Shown one piece after another: positions 29,233 through 37,696 of a stretch of 64,000 nucleotides of DNA; within the stretch, counting starts at the first letter, position 1; each line of letters opens with the position of its first letter. A program made the translations under genes and the position numbers. Source of the DNA: Candidatus Poribacteria bacterium (GTDB lineage: Bacteria; Poribacteria; WGA-4E; PCPOR2b). The notes under the pieces are model-generated. The model was not told the DNA's origin. It saw nothing but the letters and a program-made list of their open reading frames with translations, and made no database searches. The stretch lies in the NCBI GenBank assembly GCA_965208675.1, contig OZ242351.1, forward strand, positions 1,536,001 through 1,600,000. The letters run 5' to 3'.

Positions 29233-30801
29233 TTAGATTGGCAGTGTAATTATGAAAGCCGTGCCATGGGTTAGCGCGGCATCAACTTCAATAGTACCGC
29301 CGTGTTCTTCTATAACCTCTCGACTGATTGCTAGTCCAAGACCTGTTCCTTTCTGCTTGGTAGTAAAAAACGGATCGAACAGATGCGGCACGATATCCGG
29401 AGAGATACCGGCGCCCGAGTCCTGTACACGAATCTGAACATTCCTTTTTTCTGACGCTTCCGTTCCGATAGGAGGCTGCTTCGAGTGGGCCTCAGCGCTA
29501 ACGCCATCACATTGGGTTTGGATCGTCAACACCCCGCCTTTTTCCATGGATTCGATTGCGTTCCGGAACAGATTCAGTAGCACTTGCGTCAACCTATCCG
29601 CATCGACGACGACGGGCGGACAGTCGTCCCATCGCCTGTATTGGACATGAATCCGGTTTTGATCGAAATCGGGTTGACAGATGGATAGGCCATTTTCGAT
29701 AATCTCGTGAAGGTTGTGCAGCTTAAAATTCGTGGGATGCCCCTTGCCAAAGGTGAGCAACTGTTCGATAACGCCATTTAGGCGGTCCACCTCTTTAATG
29801 ATGACGTCGATACACGCTTTAGTTTCAGGATACGATTCACTTTCGAGTTCGAGGAGTTGCGCCGCCCCGCGAATGCCGCCAAGCGGATTCCTAACCTCGT
29901 GGGCTACAGTAGTGGCGAGCTTGCCGAGCGTTGCAAGCCGTTCGGATTGGACGAGCGAATCAATCATCTCCTGTATCTTAACGCGTTGACCCAAAATTGA
30001 AGCGATAATAGTCAAAATGCGAAGGTCGTCTTGCGCGGAGAATTCATCTGACGCCTTATCGACTGTTAATGTCGCCGCCACCTGTTCATCAACGATGACG
30101 GGGATACACCAGAATGCAATTGAATCTTTGGATTGAACCGAAGTTGCATCGGGGAGATCGAGTTGCTGAAGCGGTTTGCGTGTATGCGGGACGCCAATCG
30201 CCTTACCGGAATCCAAAACTTTCTGCTGAATCTCGTGGATTTGACTGTCTGTGCCGCGCCGCAGTTCTGCTTTCGTCAATCCAAATACGGCGCCCATAGT
30301 CCTTGTTCGTTTACCATCGTGCCAGATTCTCAGTGTGCCTCGATACACTCGCATTCGGTTCGCGAGGATTTTCATAATTTCTTGGAAAAGTTCGTCCAGT
30401 TCTAAAGCGGCATTTGCGGCTTTGCCAACTTCAAAAAGCGTTGCGAGGTCGCGCACCCGACTGCCAAGGTTTTGGAGTTCCTCTTCATTTGTATCTCGAT
30501 TTAATTCGGACAATCGTAGTGTACGAGTGATTACCAGCGCGATGAAGGGATACACAGTGGCAACAACCGTCGTCACTCCGGCAACGTACATCTGATCATA
30601 AAAGAGGACGATATACAGCCAATTTGCAAAGGTTGTTAAAGCAACTAACACCGCTTGCCCGATCCGTCCGCTATATTTTCCCGCAAGGATCATGATTCCG
30701 TAGTAGATGTGCATCACAATTTCGTAGCCTTGCGGATAATTTGAACTGTATATGAAGAGATTGATGAATACAACAAGGGTTGCGAGGAAAGTTGTTTTCA
30801 T
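29233..30801 (-). CDS. membrane sensor histidine kinase with GAF domain (NtrB-like)
   Basis: N-terminal TMs, GAF, H-box AHEVRNPL, N-box NLFRNA, DSGAG, FDPFFTTK, GTGLGL. Confidence 0.93.
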   Translation of the reverse strand: MKTTFLATLVVFINLFIYSSNYPQGYEIVMHIYYGIMILAGKYSGRIGQAVLVALTTFANWLYIVLFYDQMYVAGVTTVVATVYPFIALVITRTLRLSELNRDTNEEELQNLGSRVRDLATLFEVGKAANAALELDELFQEIMKILANRMRVYRGTLRIWHDGKRTRTMGAVFGLTKAELRRGTDSQIHEIQQKVLDSGKAIGVPHTRKPLQQLDLPDATSVQSKDSIAFWCIPVIVDEQVAATLTVDKASDEFSAQDDLRILTIIASILGQRVKIQEMIDSLVQSERLATLGKLATTVAHEVRNPLGGIRGAAQLLELESESYPETKACIDVIIKEVDRLNGVIEQLLTFGKGHPTNFKLHNLHEIIENGLSICQPDFDQNRIHVQYRRWDDCPPVVVDADRLTQVLLNLFRNAIESMEKGGVLTIQTQCDGVSAEAHSKQPPIGTEASEKRNVQIRVQDSGAGISPDIVPHLFDPFFTTKQKGTGLGLAISREVIEEHGGTIEVDAALTHGTAFIITLPI

Positions 30802-30812
30802 TGCCGGCGAAG

Positions 30813-31415
30813 CTAATTGCGCAAAAAATTATGGAGCATCTTGAGTCCGATGCGGCCGCTTTTTTCCAGATGGAATTGTGTCGCAATGAGGTTCTCGTGC
30901 GCGACGACACTGCAAAATTCAACGCCGTACCTCGTTCTGCCAATGATGTGCGACGGAATCTGGGGAATCGGATAGTAGGAATTTACAAAATAGAAGTGCG
31001 CGGGATTGGGAACATCGTGAAAAAAAGGGTGCGATTGGGTCTGATTCACTTCATTCCAGCCAATCTGCGGCACTTTTGAAGTGCGGTCCGCCTCAAATTT
31101 TTTTACAATACCGGGTAAAATGCCGAGACATTCGGTATTTTCTTCTTCGCTGTGATCGAACAGAATTTGGATGCCGATACAAATCCCCAGCATCGGTTTA
31201 CCGGCACTATATACCTGCTTCAAAGTCTCAGAGAGCCCTGCCGCCTCCAGGTTGTCCATGGTTGCCCGTGCTGCGCCGACACCGGGGAAAATCACCTTGT
31301 CGGCAGACAGAATGGTATCGGAATCCGCCGTAATCACTCCATCGTAGCCTAAGTACGTAACAGCGCGTTCAACGCTTGTCAAGTTCCCCGCGCCGTAGTC
31401 GATAATTGCAATCAT
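30813..31415 (-). CDS. hisH: imidazole glycerol phosphate synthase, glutaminase subunit
   Basis: IIDYGAGNL, FPGVG, LGICIGIQ, YFVNSY, QFHLEKSG; ORF track start 31424. Confidence 0.95.
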   Translation of the reverse strand: MIAIIDYGAGNLTSVERAVTYLGYDGVITADSDTILSADKVIFPGVGAARATMDNLEAAGLSETLKQVYSAGKPMLGICIGIQILFDHSEEENTECLGILPGIVKKFEADRTSKVPQIGWNEVNQTQSHPFFHDVPNPAHFYFVNSYYPIPQIPSHIIGRTRYGVEFCSVVAHENLIATQFHLEKSGRIGLKMLHNFLRN

Positions 31416-31428
31416 GGGCACCACACGT

Positions 31429-32277
31429 TTAAAGTAGTTTTGTTTGAAAGTTTAAGAATGGGCCATTGAAGTGATGTTGAAGGGTGAAAATTTTAACCCG
31501 CGAAAATAACTCCATAACGTCCATTTGTCCAAACGCCGTCGTCATTCTATAAATGTACAATTCCTTCTCCTCATTACCGTGATAGGGAACGGCAAAGTTC
31601 AGCGTATTGTCTTTAACATCGGGGTACTGATTTGGGTTCAGGATGTTTCCACCCGCTTTTACTTCGGTCATCACTCGGAATCGTAGTTTAACCGATGCGT
31701 TTTCCACATTTCTTGTCTTACTGAAGGTCTCTTGCTCGCTGAACAGATTCAGCAGTTTTTGTTTCATCGAAGCTGAGAACGATACCCCAAGTTCATCAAG
31801 CCGTTCTTCCAATGCTTGACCGAATGACTCAGATATTAGGGTTGAAACAGGTACCGTCTCAAAGAATTTTCCGTGGCCTAAGCAAACCTTCACGTTTGGT
31901 CCGCTTCTGCCACGAATCAAGTAAAATACTTGCCGAATGGGTAAGGAAAGAATGTCATCGCCCGCTTGCAGCATCTGTGTCCGGATGATGTTTTCTGCCC
32001 CTTCAATCAATTCTTGGACATCTTTTTCACCCGTCGGAATTGTCGAGTTGAAAGAGGAAACTGAATAGCTCTTGTTATCTTTTAATTCTATCAACTCTCC
32101 ACCGTCAAAAATTGGGTCATTTTGATTGAGCTTTATAGCCAAGTCGGGGAACTTTCCTTTGTTGATACATGCGAGCATATCCTCATCGAATGGAAAAGTA
32201 TCAAGCGGATTTTGGGATGTGAATTTATCTCTTTTTACACATAGGTCGGCGAAGTAGTGGTAGATTGAACTAGCCAT
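31429..32277 (-). CDS. putative type II restriction endonuclease
   Basis: PD-(D/E)xK-like FPD...IELK; start abuts the methyltransferase stop (TAG ATG); visibly AT-richer than flanks. Confidence 0.65.
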   Translation of the reverse strand: MASSIYHYFADLCVKRDKFTSQNPLDTFPFDEDMLACINKGKFPDLAIKLNQNDPIFDGGELIELKDNKSYSVSSFNSTIPTGEKDVQELIEGAENIIRTQMLQAGDDILSLPIRQVFYLIRGRSGPNVKVCLGHGKFFETVPVSTLISESFGQALEERLDELGVSFSASMKQKLLNLFSEQETFSKTRNVENASVKLRFRVMTEVKAGGNILNPNQYPDVKDNTLNFAVPYHGNEEKELYIYRMTTAFGQMDVMELFSRVKIFTLQHHFNGPFLNFQTKLL

Positions 32278-33174
32278 CTATTTATTTGACTCAAAAAGTG
32301 CCATCTGTTCGGAAGCAGAATTTGGTACTTTACTTTGTGTAGTTGTTCCCCAAATGACTTCTAAGTTCGGTGTGCATTTGTAGTCTTTGAACAACCCTGA
32401 AATGTCATCTGCTTTCCTTTTTTCAGCAAGCCTATTCCGAATAATTCCGACGTTAATCTTATCGAGTTCCATGCCAACCGATTCTCGTCCCAACTGCTCC
32501 GCAACAACCAAGGTCGTCCCCGAACCAGCGAATGGGTCCAACACAACATCCCCGGGATTTGTTGACGACAGGATTATCCTAACGAGAAGTTGAATCGGTG
32601 TCTGTTGCTTGTGCAAACGATTCCCCTCTGTATCCCTAAGGGCTTCATCTCCAGCAAAGTACCCCGATGTCAGCTCACGAATATCGTCCCACACGTCGGT
32701 AACGAACATGCCGTTTTCCCGTTCATATTTGTAATCAGCAGGAAGCGGCGGATTGATTCTCAGGCGGTGAAATACGCCTGGACGTTCCCCCTTCGTTGCG
32801 AACGCAATAATCTGGTAATGCTTGCCAAAACGCTTCATTCCGGGCACGGCGGACGTTTTCTTTTTCCAAATGATCAAGTTTTGAAACGTCCACCCTGATT
32901 CGCGAAGACAGCGCAGCACTGATTCAGTCTTCTTTTCGCGTTGCATAAAATAGATTCCGCCGCCCGACGCCGTCCCGCGGCAAATCTTTGTACAAACATC
33001 GCTCATCCGCCTCCAATATTCCGCTTCAGGCAAGTTGTCGTCCCACTCATTATATCCTTTGTCCTGATTGAAGGGCGGATCGAGAAACGTGAGATCCACA
33101 GGCCGCAAATCAATGTTCTGTTGGTCCAATAACGACGCACAATCTCCGAGCAGCACAGTTGCATTCATTTTCAA
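32278..33174 (-). CDS. site-specific DNA methyltransferase (N6-A/N4-C, beta class)
   Basis: Motif IV DPPF precedes motif I VLDPFAGSGTT; IIWKK, DVW, HxxQxP; alternative ATG 33168. Confidence 0.92.
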   Translation of the reverse strand: MKMNATVLLGDCASLLDQQNIDLRPVDLTFLDPPFNQDKGYNEWDDNLPEAEYWRRMSDVCTKICRGTASGGGIYFMQREKKTESVLRCLRESGWTFQNLIIWKKKTSAVPGMKRFGKHYQIIAFATKGERPGVFHRLRINPPLPADYKYERENGMFVTDVWDDIRELTSGYFAGDEALRDTEGNRLHKQQTPIQLLVRIILSSTNPGDVVLDPFAGSGTTLVVAEQLGRESVGMELDKINVGIIRNRLAEKRKADDISGLFKDYKCTPNLEVIWGTTTQSKVPNSASEQMALFESNK

Positions 33175-33320
33175 TCCTGAGACCTGAGAAACTCGTCATT
33201 GACAATCATCGGGACTTCATTTGGTTTCGGCAAATTGATTAAAATCCTGGCGAAAATTTTTCCATGCTCGTCAAATGGATTAAGAAGTTTACATTTCCAA
33301 AATATGGCCATTCGTTTGTA

Positions 33321-33803
33321 TCAGTTGTCTGCCAAATCCTCAATCCGCCGATATAGGTTCGCCATCTCGATTGCCGCAGCAGCCGCTTCCGCACCTTTGT
33401 TCCCCATTTTTGTACCGGTACGCTCTATGGCTTGCTCAATCGTATCGGTGGTAATCACTCCGTATATCACCGGAACACCCGTGTTGGATGAAACCTGCGA
33501 AATGCCTTTAGCGCTCTCGCTTGCGACAAAGTCGAAGTGCGGCGTCGCGCCCCGGATCACGGCGCCGATACAAATAATGGCGTCATACCGATTGCTTTCA
33601 GCGAGCCGTTTTGCCGTTGCAGGAATCTCAAACGCACCCGGCGTCCAAAATATATCTACATCATCGAGATTGACCCCGTGGCGTTTCAGAGCGTCAAGCG
33701 CCCCATCTAACAATTTGGTGGTGATAAAGCCGTTAAATCGACTGACAGTAATACCGACCTTCAAATTGTTTCCGACCAGATTGCCTTCATAAATGTTCGG
33801 CAT
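33321..33803 (-). CDS. ribH: 6,7-dimethyl-8-ribityllumazine synthase
   Basis: [27 protein letters not shown]. Confidence 0.97.
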   Translation of the reverse strand: MPNIYEGNLVGNNLKVGITVSRFNGFITTKLLDGALDALKRHGVNLDDVDIFWTPGAFEIPATAKRLAESNRYDAIICIGAVIRGATPHFDFVASESAKGISQVSSNTGVPVIYGVITTDTIEQAIERTGTKMGNKGAEAAAAAIEMANLYRRIEDLADN

Positions 33804-33805
33804 CG

Positions 33806-35053
33806 TTAATTGCGGCGCGCATCTTTATCTTGCGCCCCCTCCTCTTCATCAATTGTGTGCAGCAGCAAATGTCCTAACTTCGTTCGTTTAGTTTCGAGGT
33901 AGCAGCGGTTGAATTTATGGGGTGGGGTCTGCAGCGGGACGCGCTCGACAATTTTAAGGTTATGTCCGGCCAGTCCGCTGACCTTGCGCGGATTGTTCGT
34001 TAAGAGACGCATCTCAGTTACACCCAGATCTGCCAAAATTTGTGCACCGACGCCGTAATCGCGCAAATCCGCAGGGAAACCGAGTCGATTGTTCGCTTCC
34101 ACAGTATCCAGCCCTTCCCTGTCCTGCAAATTGTAAGCGCGGATTTTGTTGCTGAGCCCCATGCCGCGACCCTCTTGTCGCATGTACACCAAAACCCCCC
34201 GTTCTTCTGCTTGGATGAGTTCCATGGCTTTATCCAACTGTTCGCCGCAGTCGCAACGCAGCGACCCAAATACATCTCCGGTGAGACACTGCGAATGGAC
34301 TCGCACCAACACCGGCGTTTCATCTGAGACATCTCCTTTGACGAGTGCAATATGGGTCTTCAGGTCGTCCAGGCTTTCATAGGAATACAATTTGAAATGC
34401 CCATGCTGCGTTTGTACATCCGCCTCGGCGACGCGTTTGATAAGCGTTTCCGTCTGCCGCCGATACTCGATGAGATCTGCGATGGTGATAATCTTTAATC
34501 CGTGCTTTGGGGCAAGTTCCAAGAGTTCAGGCATTCTTGCCATCGTGCCGTCTTCATTTAAAATTTCACAGAGTACCCCCGCAGGATATAGCCCCGCGAG
34601 CAGCGCAAGGTCAACGGTCGCCTCGGTATGCCCGGCGCGCCGCAGCACGCCGCCATCCATCGCTTGCAGCGGGAAGATATGCCCCGGCCGCACAAAATCT
34701 TCCGGTGTCGTCTGGGGTTCGACAAATTTTCGGATTGTGTGGGCGCGTTCATAGGCAGATACGCCCGTGCTCACGTCTTTTGCGTCGATGGTTACGGTAA
34801 ACGCAGTATGCAGCCGGGCGGTGTTTTCGGATACCATCAGGGGAAGATTCAACTCTGCCAAACGAGCCGCGGTGGCTGGGAGGCAAATCAAGCCGCGCCC
34901 GTATTTCGTCATAAAATTTATCGCATCCGGCGTGACCATTTCAGCCGCCATAATTAAATCGCCTTCGTTTTCGCGATCTGGATCGTCGGTGACAATGATC
35001 ATTTCACCATTACGAATGGCTTTAACGGCTTCCGGAATTGTGTTAAACGTCAT
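33806..35053 (-). CDS. ribBA: bifunctional DHBP synthase / GTP cyclohydrolase II
   Basis: [52 protein letters not shown]. Confidence 0.97.
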   Translation of the reverse strand: MTFNTIPEAVKAIRNGEMIIVTDDPDRENEGDLIMAAEMVTPDAINFMTKYGRGLICLPATAARLAELNLPLMVSENTARLHTAFTVTIDAKDVSTGVSAYERAHTIRKFVEPQTTPEDFVRPGHIFPLQAMDGGVLRRAGHTEATVDLALLAGLYPAGVLCEILNEDGTMARMPELLELAPKHGLKIITIADLIEYRRQTETLIKRVAEADVQTQHGHFKLYSYESLDDLKTHIALVKGDVSDETPVLVRVHSQCLTGDVFGSLRCDCGEQLDKAMELIQAEERGVLVYMRQEGRGMGLSNKIRAYNLQDREGLDTVEANNRLGFPADLRDYGVGAQILADLGVTEMRLLTNNPRKVSGLAGHNLKIVERVPLQTPPHKFNRCYLETKRTKLGHLLLHTIDEEEGAQDKDARRN

Positions 35054-35164
35054 AAAACTTCGCAAAGAACTCTGTCAAATCCTATTTTTGCCGGGGAGTT
35101 TTCCCGACAGAGAAAAACTGCGCTCCTCATTTGGCTAATAATGAATGTGCTGAATTTACGCGTG

Positions 35165-35806
35165 CTAACTAACGTAGCCGTGTTCCCTCAAAAACGCCAA
35201 ATCAACAGTCCGGGATTTGCCAAGGCCGGAAACTAACAGCCGTTCTACATAACGCCCTATCAAATCAACCTCAATATTTACGCGCGCACCGACTCGTAAC
35301 TTTCCGAGCGTTGTTACTTGTTTGGTGTGGGGAATAAGCGCCACTTCAAAACTATCATCGGACAATTCAGCGATGGTTAGGCTGACACCGTCTACACAGA
35401 CAGAGCCTTTATATACGATATACCGCATCGCCGTTGCAGAAACCGTGACGCTCATCATAGACGCTTCGTCCCGCCAGCCGCTCACAGTACCCACTTCGTC
35501 GACATGCCCTAATACAAGGTGTCCGCCCAGCCGATCGCTCAAGCGCAACGGCAGTTCAAGGTTAACTGCATCTCCAGGTTTAAGTTCACCGAGTGTTGTT
35601 TTGCGAGACGTTTCCGCAGAGATGTCCGCTGTAAAACTGTCCTCAGTGACGCTAGCCATAGTCAAGCAGACACCGCTCACAGCGATACTGTCGCCGACAA
35701 TGCACTCCGCTGCGGCTTGCGGCGTTTCGATTGTAAGCGCGGCAGCTTGACCGCCGCGCTGTACCTGTTTGACGATCCCAACAGTTTCAACAATTCCTGT
35801 GAACAT
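35165..35806 (-). CDS. ribE: riboflavin synthase
   Basis: MFTGIVE, GDSIAVSGVCLT, GGHLVLGHVD, KGSVCVDGVSLT, IPHT. Confidence 0.96.
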   Translation of the reverse strand: MFTGIVETVGIVKQVQRGGQAAALTIETPQAAAECIVGDSIAVSGVCLTMASVTEDSFTADISAETSRKTTLGELKPGDAVNLELPLRLSDRLGGHLVLGHVDEVGTVSGWRDEASMMSVTVSATAMRYIVYKGSVCVDGVSLTIAELSDDSFEVALIPHTKQVTTLGKLRVGARVNIEVDLIGRYVERLLVSGLGKSRTVDLAFLREHGYVS

Positions 35807-35846
35807 AATCATCTGTAATTCTGTGATGCAAAGACACCGAGTGCAC

Positions 35847-36974
35847 TCACACGTTAGGATTCAAATAACCTTCTATGAGGAGGTCTCCATTGATAGGCGT
35901 AACTGTTAAATCACGTAGCGTGTAAGCCTCTGACAGGTATTGAATCCCGACTCCCCCGATTGGCCCAGCCGCCGCCTTGCCGCCAATTAACTTTGGCGCG
36001 AAAAAGAACACGACCTTGTCTACAATTCCCGCTTTTAATGCAGAGGCGTTGACTTCCGCACCCCCTTCAACAAGCACACTAGTGATGCTTCGGTGTCCAA
36101 GTTCACACATCAACGTTCCCATGCAAACACGTCCATCTTTTTCTTGGACTGCCAGAATTTCTGCGCCGATCGCCTCGAGGTTCGCGAGGTCTCCCAAATT
36201 AGCACGATCGGTTACAGCGATGATTGCACCCGCACTATGGTCGGGGCTGAAGATTTTCGCTGTTGGGGGTGTACGTCCGTGCGAATCCATCACAATGCGT
36301 ATTGGATTTTTGCCGCGCCCGTGAGGCAATCGCGTCGACAACGATGGGTTGTCGTTCAAAACTGTTTCAACCCCGACTAAAATTGCATCAACCTGATTAC
36401 GAATCTCATGTCCTTTCGTCCTAGCCGCTTGCGACGTAATCCATTGGGATTCGCCCGAGGCAGTGGCGATTTTACCGTCAAGGCTGCACGCGGCTTTGAG
36501 GATGACGAACGGCTGCTTGGTCGCCGTATATTTGAGATACACCTCATTGAGGCGCCGTGCTTCCCGCTCAAATAAGCCGACTTTCACGCGAATTCCAGCA
36601 TCTCTCAGCTCACGCATGCCGTTGCCGTTGACGCAGGGATTCGGATCTTTAAGTGCAACATAAGCCTTTGCGATGCCCGCCCTAACAATTGACTTCGTGC
36701 ACGGCTGTGTACGTCCCCAGTGGCAGCACGGTTCCAGTGTGACATATAGGGCCGCCCCCCGAGCGAGGTCACCGGCTTGATTCAATGCATGAATCTCTGC
36801 ATGCGCTTCCCCAGCCTTTTGATGGTATCCCTCGCCAACAATCGTGTTTTCCCGCACGATGACCGCACCGACTAAAGGATTGGGGCTGGTGCGGCCGCGG
36901 GATTTTTCGGCGAGATCGAGCGCATAACGCATGAAGCCTTTATCTGTCGATGACCACTGGGCTGACCGGGACAC
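35847..36974 (-). CDS. ribD: bifunctional diaminohydroxyphosphoribosylaminopyrimidine deaminase / reductase
   Basis: PNPLVGAV, HAE, TLEPCCHWGRTQPC, SLDGKIA, VEGG. Real start is GTG 36974 after SD AGGAG; the longer ORF-track N-terminus is riboswitch sequence. Confidence 0.96.
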   Translation of the reverse strand: MSRSAQWSSTDKGFMRYALDLAEKSRGRTSPNPLVGAVIVRENTIVGEGYHQKAGEAHAEIHALNQAGDLARGAALYVTLEPCCHWGRTQPCTKSIVRAGIAKAYVALKDPNPCVNGNGMRELRDAGIRVKVGLFEREARRLNEVYLKYTATKQPFVILKAACSLDGKIATASGESQWITSQAARTKGHEIRNQVDAILVGVETVLNDNPSLSTRLPHGRGKNPIRIVMDSHGRTPPTAKIFSPDHSAGAIIAVTDRANLGDLANLEAIGAEILAVQEKDGRVCMGTLMCELGHRSITSVLVEGGAEVNASALKAGIVDKVVFFFAPKLIGGKAAAGPIGGVGIQYLSEAYTLRDLTVTPINGDLLIEGYLNPNV

Positions 36975-36990
36975 ATACCGCTCCTGATAC

Positions 36991-37019
36991 AAAAAAAGCC
37001 CAAAGATCAGTCTTTGGGC
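36991..37019 (-). terminator. intrinsic terminator, expression platform of the FMN riboswitch
   Basis: GCCCAAAGA-ctga-TCTTTGGGC followed by T7, between aptamer and ribD SD. Confidence 0.88.
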
Positions 37020-37036
37020 GGAAGAATCGCGACCGT

Positions 37037-37157
37037 GCCTTCTCCCTTCCGGACTATTACCGTCGGCTCTGGAATCACACCAGATCTGTCCTCGACATTT
37101 ATCGTGGACTCGCGGACTATACCGCCGATGGGGAATTCCACCCACCCCCGAAGACGC
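37037..37157 (-). promoter_or_regulatory. FMN riboswitch (RFN element)
   Basis: Minus strand TCTTCGGGGGTGGGTGGAATTCCCCATCGGCGGT...CCGCGAG...AGATCTGGTGTGATTCCAGAGCCGACGGTAATAGTCCGGAAGGGAGAAG, upstream of the rib operon. Confidence 0.96.
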
Positions 37158-37243
37158 TCTGATTCTCTTAGAGGGTGCGCGTGGGCACATCAAAAGCCCG
37201 CCTTCGCAATCACCCCCTCAGTGAATATACTTGTTTGAAGAAT

Positions 37244-37252
37244 ATTATATCA
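37244..37252 (-). promoter_or_regulatory. extended -10 sigma70 promoter of the rib operon
   Basis: TGaTATAAT on the minus strand, with TTGATT 18 nt upstream of TATAAT. Confidence 0.55.
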
Positions 37253-37483
37253 TAAGCTTGTATGACAAATCAAAAAAGTTTATCAAACCGGTATGCTAAA
37301 TGCGTCTCAACCCTCTTTTTCGCTTGATTATTTTCGAGAGTTCACTTATCATCTGTTGGGATATGAGAGGTAGCGTTATGGATATGCTCTGAGACTGCAT
37401 CGGTGTAATGATTAAGAATTACGCGATGGGACCTCAGGTGAAATAATCTTACGGAAAGCGCATAAAGGAGTCCATTCGCAAAA

Positions 37484-37693
37484 ATGACATCAGCCCTTGA
37501 AGAAGAGCTTGTTGAGGCATACGAGCGGGAAGTGGAAAGATTAGTCTCCAAGCAACGCAAATACCGCAATGTGCTCGGCGGCGCCGACGTCGCCGCAGTG
37601 GTTCGTGCGTTTCGTTTCACTTTTGAGCACGGAATTGAAAAAGTGACAGCTCAGATGCTCTACGATATGATCAATGACGATAACGGAGAATAG
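37484..37693 (+). CDS. small hypothetical helical protein
   Basis: 69 aa, upstream AAGGAG, ends 3 nt before the ATPase start and contains that gene's SD (GGAG). Confidence 0.65.
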   Translation: MTSALEEELVEAYEREVERLVSKQRKYRNVLGGADVAAVVRAFRFTFEHGIEKVTAQMLYDMINDDNGE

Positions 37694-37696
37694 CGT

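Noticed and set aside
36975-37193. N-terminal extension of RibD in the ORF track (448 aa)
   Set aside because: It is the FMN riboswitch and terminator read in frame; SD + GTG at 36974 gives a normal RibD.
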